IMG/VR virus record: IMGVR_UViG_3300025707_000004
DNA length: 64,000 nt
DNA from: a virus
Direction: 5' to 3' (one strand)
Made by a program: the position numbers and the translations under genes. Below, piece after piece: positions 9,176 to 19,482 of this stretch. Numbering within the stretch: position 1 is the stretch's first letter; each line of letters starts with the position of its first letter. The notes beneath the pieces are model-generated. The model searched no databases. It was not told the DNA's origin and saw only the letters and a program-made list of their open reading frames with translations.

Positions 9176-9680
9176 CAAGGGGTACGAGGGGCCTGTCTCC
9201 ATTTCGGAGGAGCGCGCTCTCGCGATGATCGCGAACAAGAACGAGGAGCCCGCCGTTCGCCTGGAGCTGATGGCAAGCTACATCCTCAACCTGCACCACG
9301 CCAAACTGGAGCTGTACCAGAAGCAGGCAGTGCTTGAGGGCAGGTTGGCGGCCCTCGCTAGGGCACACATCGCGGGTGACGAGGAAGCCTTCAAAGCGCT
9401 GATGGCGGACACCAAGTCGTTCCTCGGCCTCTCTGCTATGGCCCCCATCCATTACTGGCGCTTCGTTGAGGGCGCGAGCCCGGTGGACTGCGTGGAGGAC
9501 AAACTCAGTGAGGTGGAGCAGACCCAGCTCGCCCAGAGCATGCTGGCCGCGGCTGCGGACGATGACCTCGAAGAAGAGGGCTGCAAGTTGGAGGGTGAGT
9601 GCAAGACCCCGAACCGCTGCACGATGCAGCAGCAGTGCCTTGGCGCGGTTGTATTAGCGGCTAATAATCCGGGTAACTAA
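9168..9680 (+). CDS. Hypothetical protein
   Basis: GTG start overlapping the previous gene's end; Cys cluster near the C-terminus. Confidence 0.6.
   Translation: MSDKGYEGPVSISEERALAMIANKNEEPAVRLELMASYILNLHHAKLELYQKQAVLEGRLAALARAHIAGDEEAFKALMADTKSFLGLSAMAPIHYWRFVEGASPVDCVEDKLSEVEQTQLAQSMLAAAADDDLEEEGCKLEGECKTPNRCTMQQQCLGAVVLAANNPGN
9652..9666. repeat. TATTAG-N3-CTAATA palindrome
   Basis: tattagcggctaata inside the 3' end of a gene. Confidence 0.85.
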
Positions 9681-9983
9681 GAAACGCGAGGAGTCGCGCT
9701 CTCAGCGGGGCGAGGCCGCCCCACGTCAAGGTTTGGATCAGCTTCGGGCGCACTCGATGCACATCCCCATTTTTGGTCTTGGGGTCCTCTAGGCTACTAG
9801 GGCAGCTTCAGCTCGATCTTGAGTTCGAGGAAGCGGCCGTAGTCGTATTCCGTGATTTTCTCGGTCACGGTCTCGGTCGCCCAATCGGCGAGCCAGGGGA
9901 TTGCGTACTGGAGAATAGCCAGTCCGATGTACTTGAGCATTTCCTTAGCGATCAGAAGCATGTGAACTCTTTTCTTGTATCGA

Positions 9984-10985
9984 TCAGGCCGCCCGGGTTG
10001 GGGCGACCAGTTGGTCTACACGAGAAGGGAGCGCATGCGAGAGCAGCCGTTGGCTGATGTTCAGGAAGTCGAAATCGTCTCCGACGCTGTCATCCGTCTG
10101 ACGGAGACAGGAGAGGTGGTGATTGTGCCGGAGGGTCGGGTGCTTGCCGGGGGTGAAGACCCGATTCCAGGCGTTGAACAGCATCGGAGCCACCCAGCCG
10201 AGCATCGCCCCGCTGGGAGTGGTGAAGCAGCTGTAACGAAAGGTCGCCCGCTCGGCGTCAGCATCCCAGGCGACGATGCTGGGGAACACGAAGGTCGGTG
10301 TCCGCAACACGAACTGGTCCATCAGGACCTTCGCGTTCACCTCTGTGGGGCTGTCCCGCAATAACGCGTGGGCCGAACCGACCACATTAGGGCGGCACAC
10401 AGAGCTGAAGAGGGACCAGTACGTGCGAGACAGGACCTCGCGGGTCACCGTGACCTGCTGGTCGAACCAGCCGCCTAGGCGGAACTCGGTTCCCTCAACC
10501 GTGGGGAGATCCCAACACATCGTGGCGTGAGTGGGCCAAGTGTCCCTGGACGTAGGCCCCATGGCATCGAGTACGTCAAGAGGCCAGTCGGAGCAGTACG
10601 GCGTGGTCGGCGCGAAGCTGTCCAGCAGCTTGTCGGTGGCATCACGCATGTCTGCCGCGGAAGCGGGATTGATGCTCCCCGTCGCGTAGAGCAACCGTGT
10701 GCGCTCTTCGCCTTCTGCGTCCTCCCAGGCTGAGTTCAGCCAGAAGCGGATACCGTCAAGAGTAATCCCAGCCCCGGTCTCTGTAGCGAGGAGCTGTGCG
10801 ACGCGGGCGTTTAGGCAGCCCGCAGATATCAGGGTGCTTGCAGGCGCACCACTCCGCCAACGACGTAGGGAGTAGTGCGCGCAGGACTGGTCCCGGTGGA
10901 AGGAGAGCCGGATACTCGATCCAGTACCACACTTGATGTTGAAGGAATTGCGGGTGCTGGAGCGGACGACGATAGTCGGGGGCAT
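9984..10985 (-). CDS. Hypothetical protein, possibly a divergent Prok-E2-like C-terminal domain
   Basis: Start reassigned to ATG 10985 because a promoter copy lies at 11031. APMLFNAW...HLSCL loosely resembles the APFFN...IC motif of E2 family D. Confidence 0.4.
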   Translation of the reverse strand: MPPTIVVRSSTRNSFNIKCGTGSSIRLSFHRDQSCAHYSLRRWRSGAPASTLISAGCLNARVAQLLATETGAGITLDGIRFWLNSAWEDAEGEERTRLLYATGSINPASAADMRDATDKLLDSFAPTTPYCSDWPLDVLDAMGPTSRDTWPTHATMCWDLPTVEGTEFRLGGWFDQQVTVTREVLSRTYWSLFSSVCRPNVVGSAHALLRDSPTEVNAKVLMDQFVLRTPTFVFPSIVAWDADAERATFRYSCFTTPSGAMLGWVAPMLFNAWNRVFTPGKHPTLRHNHHLSCLRQTDDSVGDDFDFLNISQRLLSHALPSRVDQLVAPTRAA

Positions 10986-11312
10986 GAGGTCCTCGTAGTA
11001 AGAAGTATCTAGGGCTCCCCTAGCATTGGGCTTATACCCAAGCAGGCGGCTACTTTGCGTAGGGGCCGGGAGAGTCTTTGAGGAAGTATTGAACGCATTG
11101 GCTACACATGCCCGAGCCGTCGCTCCAAAACAGCTGGTAGCTACCCTCGGGGGTCTCGGGAGGGATGGCGCAGCCACAGCTGGTGCAGGTGAGCCTCTTA
11201 CGATGTGCGCTCGACCCTGGCTTGCGCGGGTCGCGTGAGCAGGCTACCTCAGCCCGCAGCACTTTGCCGCGTGGGCTAAGGCGGGTCTTGTATGGGCTCT
11301 CCGGCATATCGG

Positions 11313-11735
11313 TCATTCGGGCAAGAGGTACGTTTCCAGCTTCTCCCGCAACCAAGCACTCCAGTAGACCCCGGCAGTCTTGCCGAGAGGCTGGCTCATG
11401 AAGTAGGCGAGCCCCTCGCTATGTAGCCCGGCGGTGTAGAAGAGCACCTTCAGTTCGTCCTGGGAGAAGCCGAAGTCATCCGGAGCAATCTGCCAGAAAG
11501 CGAGCCCGGCGTCATTGGCTACTTCGCCACAGGACTCCTTGTGGCGGTTGTACGCGAATTGAACAACCCCCTCGTACTCGTAGTCGTCATCGAGGTCGTC
11601 TTCGTCCGGCTCGGGGTCATTGAAGAGCATCCCAGCCTCGTTCATGAACCAGTAGTACTCCGCCAGCTCCTCCAGGAGCGCGAGGACGCGACCACGCCAG
11701 TTGGGCTCGTACTTGGGCTGCTTTTTGCCCACCAT
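11313..11735 (-). CDS. Hypothetical acidic protein
   Basis: 140-aa ORF, translationally coupled to the next small gene. Confidence 0.6.
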   Translation of the reverse strand: MVGKKQPKYEPNWRGRVLALLEELAEYYWFMNEAGMLFNDPEPDEDDLDDDYEYEGVVQFAYNRHKESCGEVANDAGLAFWQIAPDDFGFSQDELKVLFYTAGLHSEGLAYFMSQPLGKTAGVYWSAWLREKLETYLLPE

Positions 11736-11764
11736 GTGTTTTTGTCCGCGTGTTAGGGTTTTGG

Positions 11765-12052
11765 ATGTCTAAGAAATCGAAACGTGAGGAGCTGGAACGG
11801 AAGCTCGCCGGCAGTACACCCGCCGAGCGTCCCGCAAGGCTGTCAATCGAGGAGCGTCGGGCAGAGTCTAGCCATCCCGTAGCCGGACGAAGGCGTAAGC
11901 CCCCAGGGCTCTTCCCGCTCTCGCGTATGGGGCAGAAGTGCAGCTCATGCGCGTGGTACCTGGGTAACAAAGCCCACGTGCACCGCGGGGTGTGCGAGAA
12001 GTTCAAATATCAGGTCGGTGCTATGCTGGTCTGTGATGAATGGGAAGATTAA
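11765..12052 (+). CDS. Small protein with a HiPIP-like four-Cys motif
   Basis: KCSSCAWY...GVCEKF...VCDEWE. Confidence 0.5.
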   Translation: MSKKSKREELERKLAGSTPAERPARLSIEERRAESSHPVAGRRRKPPGLFPLSRMGQKCSSCAWYLGNKAHVHRGVCEKFKYQVGAMLVCDEWED

Positions 12053-12353
12053 ACAGCCCCGGCCGATATTAGTCACTAATACTCGCCGCCGTCGAGTCCG
12101 TCACGAGGTCCTGCGGCTGAAGCAGCGGACCAGCCTGAACAACCGCGACCTACTCAAGCTACGTAGGCGCTTGCGCCGCAACACCATCCCGATGGGAGTC
12201 AACCACGTCAAAATGCGTGATGGTTCCTTCGCGGTAGTGAGCACTAAGAACGGCAAGCCCCTGGTGATGTCGTTCCTTACCTCGTCGATGCACCCTCCAG
12301 GCACAGACGTGACGCCGCATCTGTACAAAAAGAAAGGCCCGACCACACCGTAG
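12036..12353 (+). CDS. Basic hypothetical protein
   Basis: Arg-rich ORF overlapping the previous gene; contains a palindrome copy. Confidence 0.55.
   Translation: MNGKIKQPRPILVTNTRRRRVRHEVLRLKQRTSLNNRDLLKLRRRLRRNTIPMGVNHVKMRDGSFAVVSTKNGKPLVMSFLTSSMHPPGTDVTPHLYKKKGPTTP
12067..12081. repeat. TATTAG-N3-CTAATA palindrome
   Basis: tattagtcactaata, intragenic. Confidence 0.8.
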
Positions 12354-12827
12354 GGGACCTCCATGGTCGTCCTCACTGGCGAGTCGGGCCCTGTCCCCGA
12401 GATTGAATGAAAGTCCCGACACGGGAACACCCCACGGGACTTGGGGCGGGTACAGCCTGTACCCGTGCAGTGGGCCAGCTAAGCCCTCTGCTTCACGGCT
12501 CTTATACCGTTCCGTTGCCAGTACTTGCAGACTAGCGGTCGGTCTTGGCTGCAGGGAGGTTATCCCGCTTGCGCTTCAGCAGGAGCAGGTGAATGGCGCC
12601 AACAACGACGCCGAGGGCCAACAGACCCCCCGGAATGTAGTACTCAAGCATGTAGATACTCTGTGTGTCTCTGTACTCAGGCGGAGCACATGTGGGTGTT
12701 GCTTTTCTTAGCTACGAGGGCTAAATCGGCTCCAAAACGGGCACGTAGTACGCATTAGTACACAATTTGAGTCGGTTCGGTGGCCCCCCTTTGTGGGGTA
12801 CACTGAGGAGGCCACGACGAGGTTGAG

Positions 12828-13769
12828 ATGGACGCCGCAGAAATGCAGAAGCAGGCCAGTATTGGCCGCCTAGCCGGGAAGCTCCGGAAGCTCCTTTACG
12901 GAGAGGTCGCACCACTCAGTCAGGTGGGCCGAGCGGTCGGTCAAGCGGCCTCGTACAAGGCTCTGCCCACGCCTCTTCGGCAGCCCCGTAGGCTGTTCGA
13001 CTTGCTCGCCGACCGCATCTCGATTGCGGGGGGTAGCCCTGCTGAGGCAGCGACGGGTCGGGCGGTTACGACCATTCCTGGGCTTATCACCGAGGCGGAC
13101 ACCGTTCGGCGGACGATGAAGGCCGCCAGGAAGCTCTCCAACAGGCGTCAGCTCGCGGCCACTAAGCGGGTGCTCAAGCTGCAGGGGGCGTCCAAAGCAC
13201 TGGAGACGGGGGACAGCATTGGGACGCAGGCGTTCTCAGCCATGGCTGCGCCGAAGGACCCCGCGGAAATGCTGCAGCGGCTGCTGCTGGCGTCTGGGAA
13301 AGACCTGGGTGTTGGCCTTGCCCATATGGGTATCGGCCAAGCCGCTAGTAAGGCGAGCCGCCAGGAACGCCTACTGGGTGGACGAGGGCAGAAGCAGCTG
13401 AAGAAGCTCTTGTTGGGAGGAAAGGCGGGTCAGGTCGACATCCGGCCGTCGCCGCGGTCCCTCCTGCAGCTGCTCACCGGGCAGGAGAAGGGCTCAGCGG
13501 CGTTCTCGCTGGGGAATACCGCGTACGTTCCCTCGCGGCCCAAGCCGGACTTCGGCAAAGGTGACCCGTTCCATGGGTTGCTGCGGGCGCTCGAACGCAA
13601 GAGCCAACGCAAGCCAGTCCGTGATGCGCTCGCCACGGTGGGTGAGAGCCCGATTACGCCTACGCTACTGAACTTGGCCTCAGCGGCGATACCCCAGGCT
13701 CGCCACGCTTCAACCGCCCTGAGCCTCGCCAACATCCCGCTGGCTAACCCGCTCAAGGCGCTGCAGTAG
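12828..13769 (+). CDS. Basic Ala/Leu-rich protein (possible virion protein)
   Basis: GAGG RBS, TACACT -10-like element upstream, hairpin terminator at about 13775-13802. Confidence 0.6.
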   Translation: MDAAEMQKQASIGRLAGKLRKLLYGEVAPLSQVGRAVGQAASYKALPTPLRQPRRLFDLLADRISIAGGSPAEAATGRAVTTIPGLITEADTVRRTMKAARKLSNRRQLAATKRVLKLQGASKALETGDSIGTQAFSAMAAPKDPAEMLQRLLLASGKDLGVGLAHMGIGQAASKASRQERLLGGRGQKQLKKLLLGGKAGQVDIRPSPRSLLQLLTGQEKGSAAFSLGNTAYVPSRPKPDFGKGDPFHGLLRALERKSQRKPVRDALATVGESPITPTLLNLASAAIPQARHASTALSLANIPLANPLKALQ

Positions 13770-13812
13770 CTAAGAAACAGGGGGGCGCTCACTTCCCCCC
13801 TGACTTCTCCGT

Positions 13813-14157
13813 TCACACCACGTGGGCGTTGTTTCCTGCGTCCGCGGGCCTCACCCGACCCTGGACGTACTCACGCCACAGCAGCGCCTCGTGGATGAGC
13901 TGCCGCAGTAGGTTCGGGCTGAGATTGCCGAGCAGGTCGACAAGCTCGTCGGGGGCATCCTTCGCGAACCGGAGCAGGGCATCCCCGTCAGCATCGCAGA
14001 GGTAGACCTCGCCCGCACGGTGGATTAGCTCCCGCCAAGGGCCGGGTCCCGAGGTCCGTAGGTCGGCAGCATGCGCGTCCAGCCGGTCGAGGTCGCTATT
14101 GGTGTACCGCTCAGGGGTGCTTTTGTGGGGTCTCCGCCCGTTGTTGTACTGGGCCAT
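13813..14157 (-). CDS. Hypothetical protein
   Basis: AAGGA RBS. Confidence 0.6.
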   Translation of the reverse strand: MAQYNNGRRPHKSTPERYTNSDLDRLDAHAADLRTSGPGPWRELIHRAGEVYLCDADGDALLRFAKDAPDELVDLLGNLSPNLLRQLIHEALLWREYVQGRVRPADAGNNAHVV

Positions 14158-14634
14158 GTTGGTGTCCTTGTGGGTTGGCCGGGAACCGCGCGCGTGTAGC
14201 GAGCGCCGTGGCGCCCCAACGCAGCGCCTCCTTGGCGTTTGGGAGGCTGATGAGCCCCTCGGAAAAGATGGCGTGGTCCTTGTAGGCCCGGTAGTGCAGT
14301 GGTCTCCGCCCGATGCGGAACACCACTACAAGCCGGCCTGTCTCGACTCTTGAAGCCCTTAGGCAGAAGCGTACGTTCTCACCCGCAGGTCCCCATGTAG
14401 CAGCGTCAAAGTGCACCTCAGCCTTGGGGGCGCGGTTGCGAAGACGCAGCAGGTACTGCGTTAGCTCGATGATGTCGTTGGGCGGCTCGTGGTAGTCCCG
14501 GATAGCCGAGTCCCAGAAGTGTTGAGCAACACCTACAGGCTTCGGGAATCGGATTAGCCGTTTCATATTAGTAGGGTACACGGTTGCGCGGGGGTGTGAC
14601 CGAGTAGCGGCCATACCTCACAAAGCTAACGCAT

Positions 14635-14649
14635 TATTAGCCGCTAATA
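14635..14649. repeat. TATTAG-N3-CTAATA palindrome
   Basis: tattagccgctaata overlapping the stop codon of 14644-15153. Confidence 0.85.
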
Positions 14650-15153
14650 ATCCTGATGCATCTCGTCGGCGCCCTCTTTCTCGGGCTTCGTGACGGTTTT
14701 GGTGGGGAGGACCAGTCGCCAAGGGCCTAGCGGATGCGGATGGTGGGGGTGGTCATCAGCCTCATCGGCGGCGTGGAGGTAGGCGCGGTACGTGGGCGCT
14801 TCGCGGCCCATCACTAGCGGGATACGGGCCATAAGGTCCGAGCCCTCCACCATATGGAACCACACCCCATCAGTCATCTGGACACGTTCGCCCTTGTCAA
14901 GGGCGAGGGTGTACCCCTGGTCACCGTAGGTGTCGAGCACGACACGAGCAAAGACGCGGGGGATACTGGAGTCGGACGCATCAGGGAAGAGCAACATCCG
15001 CGGGGCGGTGTGTGCGGGGTGTATGGAAGGCTGGAGGGAGTCCGGCCCATCGACCTCCACCCAGGCGGTGAAGGCCGTGGGTGCAGGGGTATGCGCGCTG
15101 TCGTAGTAACCCACCGGGGTGTCTATGGGTGTAAGGGCTGGCAGGAGGCTCAT
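14644..15153 (-). CDS. Hypothetical protein with C-terminal HxD tag (EMHQDY)
   Basis: ATGA-coupled start MSLLPAL. Confidence 0.65.
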   Translation of the reverse strand: MSLLPALTPIDTPVGYYDSAHTPAPTAFTAWVEVDGPDSLQPSIHPAHTAPRMLLFPDASDSSIPRVFARVVLDTYGDQGYTLALDKGERVQMTDGVWFHMVEGSDLMARIPLVMGREAPTYRAYLHAADEADDHPHHPHPLGPWRLVLPTKTVTKPEKEGADEMHQDY

Positions 15154-15656
15154 CCCCTTGCCTCGAAGAAGTGGCGGAAGCGCTTCAAGGCTCCGGTCAT
15201 CTGGACCAGGGCGCAAGGGGGTCGGCAGGTCCCCTGCGCACCCCCGCAGGCGACACAGTTCGGTGCGTCGTTCTGCCACACGTCGTTGACGACTGTCTGC
15301 AGGACCGCGTACTCCTTGTAGAAGGGCTCCCGCTCCTGGATGGCGCGGTCGACGGCCCGCCGCGCGCGGTCAACGATTAGGAGGGGGCAGGTCGAGCGGT
15401 GCTGCTGAGTTGGTGATGTTCTGCAGAGTCTGCAGAGCTTGCTACCGCTGTGACCGGCGTAATAGCCCCCCATCTCACGAGTGAGGTTGCGTAGCTCTTT
15501 GTTGAGCCCGTCCCAGCCAATGAGGAGCATCCGGTAGTAGATGGAGCGGGCCTCCTTCTGCGGCTCCTGCTCGGGCGCCGTGCTGACCTGGACCTCGGGT
15601 AGGTCGTCTTCAGGGCCGAGCAGCTCCTCGTAGACGTCTTCTCCGATGTTGCTCAT
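15150..15656 (-). CDS. Hypothetical Zn-finger-like protein
   Basis: CRLC..H...C and CVAC...C...C. Confidence 0.6.
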   Translation of the reverse strand: MSNIGEDVYEELLGPEDDLPEVQVSTAPEQEPQKEARSIYYRMLLIGWDGLNKELRNLTREMGGYYAGHSGSKLCRLCRTSPTQQHRSTCPLLIVDRARRAVDRAIQEREPFYKEYAVLQTVVNDVWQNDAPNCVACGGAQGTCRPPCALVQMTGALKRFRHFFEARG

Positions 15657-16086
15657 GACTTCTCTTCCTCTTGGTCTAGCCGCTCAAGCTCTTCTCGCCA
15701 GAGGCGGTTGCAGGGCTGGCGGAGGCAAATGTATTCAGGGCCCACCCGTTCGGCGGGGACGTGAGAGTCGTGGACGTCCAGGGTCTTGTTGCAGGCACTG
15801 GCACCCTCGTCGGTTCGAGCGTGGATGACGAGAGGCCCCCGCTTGTAGGTGCTTCTGCTGAACTTGGGCGGAGTAGCCATTACGTATTCCTTGCTTCTTT
15901 CCTACTTCAACTTCAACTTCTCCGCGGGTACCAAGGTGCCCTTCCCGCAGTAGCGGCAGATTGGCTTGAAGTACTGGTTTTTCGGGTCAGTGCTGAAGCC
16001 TGTGCGCTGCTCGCGGTGGCATTTGGGGCACCTGCACTTGGTGAATACGCTACCGCGCATTGGTCGAGCCCAACCATCGCGTCATG

Positions 16087-16557
16087 TCACCACTCGTATT
16101 TCGGCAGGTGGTCGTAGACGTTCTCGTCGCGGTCGAACTCGATGAGGCGGGCACCGCATTCGAGGGCCATCTTCCACACGGGGATGAGCCACTCAGGCAA
16201 ATGCTCGCCCAACTCATCCGCCTCCAGTACCTGGACGAACACGAGGTAGCCGTAGCTGCCCAGCTTCCCCGTGCTCTCAATGGTTCGTAGGTCCCCGAAG
16301 TCGGGGTCGTTGCTCGGCATGTGGCCCGTGCTCAGCGAGAGCATCACGCAGGCTGGGCGCATGTCGTCGGCGACGTGCATCAGCTTGATGGCGAGCGCTT
16401 CGACGTCATCGGTCTCAACGTCTCGGGGGATGGGGACATCGAAGACGGGCGCCACGTCGCCGTCTACCTCTAATGGCTCTTCGACGGTGACGTGGTTGAT
16501 GAAGGCGTTTTCGGCGGTGTGGAAGTCGAGCAGCTTGCGGTTCCGGGGGTACTTCAT
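16087..16557 (-). CDS. DUF5983-like phage protein
   Basis: LSLSTGHM...YGY...LIEFDRD...LPKYEW pattern recalled for this family. Confidence 0.55.
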   Translation of the reverse strand: MKYPRNRKLLDFHTAENAFINHVTVEEPLEVDGDVAPVFDVPIPRDVETDDVEALAIKLMHVADDMRPACVMLSLSTGHMPSNDPDFGDLRTIESTGKLGSYGYLVFVQVLEADELGEHLPEWLIPVWKMALECGARLIEFDRDENVYDHLPKYEW

Positions 16558-17082
16558 TGGCCCTCTCCAACACGCACCACCCGGTGCCCGCCATCGCTGT
16601 CGTCACCACCATCGGCGGCGTCTGCGTCAGCCCGAGCGGTCAACCGGTTGACCGCCTTGATGATGGGGTGGGGCACCCTGCCTGGAGGTTCCCGCAGCTC
16701 AGGTACGGGAGCGTCGTACTCAGTGGCGTGGCCGGCGACGTACCCCTCCGGGTCCGTCCAGAAGTCGGCGTCGGCGACGGCGGCTTCCTCTTCGTAGTCG
16801 TAGGGGTTGCAGTCCCCTGTGACGTACCACTCGCCCGTTCGCCCGGTCTTGTTGAAGTAGCTCACAGATCCTCACCCTCCTCCATGACCTCGGCCCTGAT
16901 CGATCCCTTCTCCCAGTAGTCCGTGTCATCGAAGAACTCCCCGCCGTCGGTCTCATCCCACACCCGCTGGGCGAGGTCTTGAAGGGCCTGCGGGTTGTTG
17001 GCGGTGGCGTCGTCGACCTCCACCTCTTTGACGAACTCCACCCTGGTGAATGCGGAGAGCCGGATACGGACGCGCTGACCCA

Positions 17083-17679
17083 TCAGGTCCTCTCTTTCGT
17101 GGCGTCGTTGTCGTCTTCGGAGATCTCGTCACAGCGCCGGATCTCCTGCTCTCGCGCACAGTCCTCCAGCACGTCCCACCCGAGGCTAACGCTGCGGTCT
17201 TGCAGCGCAGACTTGGCGCTCTGGAGGAACGCCTCGGCGTCCTCATCACTGAGATCGTAGACATCCGTGATGTCTTCGACGGTCCAAGAGATAGCAACTA
17301 CCGGACCAGTGGTGACCTCCCCGCCGGACGTGGCGTCGGCGCCGCAGTCGGCGCAGATACGGTCGACCATGCCGTGTTGCGTGAGGGCCATGCTGGCAAC
17401 CTCGGCGACCTCTTTCACCAACTCGGCGAAGTCGGGGTAGGCCACCTCAAGCTCTTCCAGGGTGTCTCCGCTTATCAACGCCTGTCGGACCGCCTCAGCC
17501 GCTTCGACCAGCTTGTCGTCAGCGGTCAGGGTCGGAATGGGGTTAACCTCGATACGGTCGACCATGCCCTCACCCACCCACCGCTCGGCCTCACGCCGAA
17601 GATGCTTTTTCATGTTCGCTTCGTGAGCCGCGTCGGCCTGCTCACCCGCCGCCTGAATGATGATTGTCAGTGCCATTGT
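17083..17679 (-). CDS. Hypothetical acidic protein
   Basis: AGGAGG RBS before MALTIII; part of the coupled operon 15653-18396. Confidence 0.6.
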   Translation of the reverse strand, partial: TMALTIIIQAAGEQADAAHEANMKKHLRREAERWVGEGMVDRIEVNPIPTLTADDKLVEAAEAVRQALISGDTLEELEVAYPDFAELVKEVAEVASMALTQHGMVDRICADCGADATSGGEVTTGPVVAISWTVEDITDVYDLSDEDAEAFLQSAKSALQDRSVSLGWDVLEDCAREQEIRRCDEISEDDNDATKERT

Positions 17680-18407
17680 GATGCACCCTCCTTTGAGTGC
17701 CAGGGGCCAGCGAGCATGAGCGCATGCCAGCATTCGGTTGTTACGTCGGCGAACTCTACGTGGTTGACCGCGCAGTTCTCGTCGTTTGTTTCGTGGATGT
17801 CTCCGCAGCTCTCGCACCACACGTACCCCATGGGGACAGCGCCCGGCACGGGGTTGTCGCAGGGGTTACCCCCGTCCGACAGCACAACGGTAGGTGTGTC
17901 GACAGCGGTCAGCTCGTCGTAAGCGACTTGGTACGAGCCAGGGATGTGGCCGTTCTCGTCGGCCATGGGCCGCACAAGCGTTGGTACGATTACGACCGCC
18001 TCCGCCTCTTCCGCGCTATAGCGGCGTGCAACGAAGCCGGTCTCTACCTTGTCCTGCCAGGTGAATTGAACCCAGCTGTGTAGCTTCGGCTCAGGCATCG
18101 TCGGCCTCCTCGTCTTCCATGCCGAAGAGCGCTAACCAACGCGCTCGACGTTCGGGGTCTTCCATGCTGCACGCGACGGTGTACGCCGCGTCGGGGATGC
18201 TGCTGTTCGCGAACACGTCGGAGAACTCGGTGGGGATTTCCCGGAGGTCGTTTACGAAGCTGACCTCGACGTCCACCCTGTGACCGGGCGCGTCTTCACC
18301 GAGCATGCCGTCGTCGATGCAACGGCGGATGTTCTGCTCGATGGAGAACTCAGTCTGGAGTCCGCCACTGCGGGGGGTGGTGATTGTTACGTTCATTCGT
18401 TTCTCCC

Positions 18408-18422
18408 TATTAGCGGCTAATA
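18408..18422. repeat. TATTAG-N3-CTAATA palindrome
   Basis: tattagcggctaata just after the paralog array. Confidence 0.85.
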
Positions 18423-18425
18423 CGT

Positions 18426-18542
18426 TCAGACGTCCATGTGGTAGTCGGCGGAGAGCAAGACGGCTTCGTAGGGGCTGGTGGTTGCTGGGTACACTTTGCG
18501 GCGGTGGACGACCCGGTCGCCGTTGTTGTATTCGCTGGGCAT
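18426..18542 (-). CDS. 38-aa truncated array paralog with C-terminal tag (DYHMDV)
   Basis: Hand translation MPSEYNNGDRVVHRRKVYPATTSPYEAVLLSADYHMDV; AGGAGG RBS. Confidence 0.75.
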   Translation of the reverse strand: MPSEYNNGDRVVHRRKVYPATTSPYEAVLLSADYHMDV

Positions 18543-18549
18543 GGGCCTC

Positions 18550-18762
18550 CTATACGTCTACGTGGTAATCGAGGTGCAGAAACCCGGGGCGCACTTCAAA
18601 GTCGCCCTCGTTCCACCACGAGATCATTCCTGAGTCCAGATTGACTCGCCAAACGGTCATGCCGACCGCTGCGCTGTAGTGGGCGGAAACCAGCGTGGCT
18701 TCCTGTGGGCGTTTGAACATGTCTTTGCGGTGGGCCCGGTCTCCCGGCTTGGGATTAGACAT
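18550..18762 (-). CDS. SH3/KOW-like array paralog, tag DYHVDV
   Basis: GDRAHRK...WRV...WW...F. Confidence 0.75.
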   Translation of the reverse strand: MSNPKPGDRAHRKDMFKRPQEATLVSAHYSAAVGMTVWRVNLDSGMISWWNEGDFEVRPGFLHLDYHVDV

Positions 18763-18964
18763 CGACGTGGTACTCGTCGGGGCAAACCTCGAAGCGGGAT
18801 TGGTACCACCACGTTTCACGGCCCGTAGGTTCGAGTAACACCAGCCAAGTGACCTCTTGGCCTACTTCACTCCAGCGGGAGTGTGACAGCGTGCCGTATC
18901 GGTAGGTGCTGGGGTCAACGTGCCTGGGTCGGCGGACACGTTGTCCGGTCGTGAAGCTAGACAT
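18755..18964 (-). CDS. SH3/KOW-like array paralog, tag EYHVDV
   Basis: GQRVRR...WLV...WW...F. Confidence 0.75.
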   Translation of the reverse strand: MSSFTTGQRVRRPRHVDPSTYRYGTLSHSRWSEVGQEVTWLVLLEPTGRETWWYQSRFEVCPDEYHVDV

Positions 18965-19211
18965 CGATGTGAAACTCCGGCTCGGCTGGCGGCGGCTCCC
19001 AAGCACGCTTGAAGACGAACTCCCCGTGGTACCACCACTCGTAGGAGTCGGCAGGGATGCCGTCGTTCTGTCCCAGCTTCTGGACACGCCAAGCACCCGG
19101 ATTTGCGCTCTCGCTCTGCCAACCCAGCCGAGCACGGAGCGGAGTGCCGTCGGGGTAGAAGCGTTCGGTGTGTTCGACGATGTCGTTCCTTGCAAATGCG
19201 TCGCGGGGCAT
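18957..19211 (-). CDS. SH3/KOW-like array paralog, tag EFHIDV
   Basis: NDIVEH...WRV...EWW...F. Confidence 0.75.
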   Translation of the reverse strand: MPRDAFARNDIVEHTERFYPDGTPLRARLGWQSESANPGAWRVQKLGQNDGIPADSYEWWYHGEFVFKRAWEPPPAEPEFHIDV

Positions 19212-19222
19212 AGCGGCTCCTT

Positions 19223-19471
19223 TCAGATGTCCTCGTGAAATTCGGGGCGCTCGCTAAGTGGCGCTTCGGCCAACGTGAACTCCCGGGTAGACCACCACTC
19301 GAAGTAGTCGACGTGGACACCGTCTATGTCGATGCGCTGGATACGCCAAGCAGGAGCGCTGTCGTCCTTGCTGATGAAGCGCAGCAGACCACGAAGGGGC
19401 GTGCCGCTGCCGGTGGAGTAGCAGCGGTAGTTGTGTTTAACGATGTCGCCGCGGGCATATCCGTCAGCCAT
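19223..19471 (-). CDS. SH3/KOW-like array paralog, tag EFHEDI
   Basis: GDIVKH...WRI...EWW...F. Confidence 0.75.
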   Translation of the reverse strand: MADGYARGDIVKHNYRCYSTGSGTPLRGLLRFISKDDSAPAWRIQRIDIDGVHVDYFEWWSTREFTLAEAPLSERPEFHEDI

Positions 19472-19482
19472 GGTTATGTCCC

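Noticed and set aside
9652-9666. Recurring peptide LLAANN/LAAN
   Set aside because: It is the translation of the TATTAGCGGCTAATA palindrome and appears in any frame and strand.
18755-18764. HxDV tag as a by-product of translational coupling (GAT GTC contains the next ATG)
   Set aside because: Only some copies overlap a start. Others use GAC GTA TAG, GAC ATC TAA or GAC GTC TAG with no overlap, and coupling does not explain the conserved His and aromatic residue.
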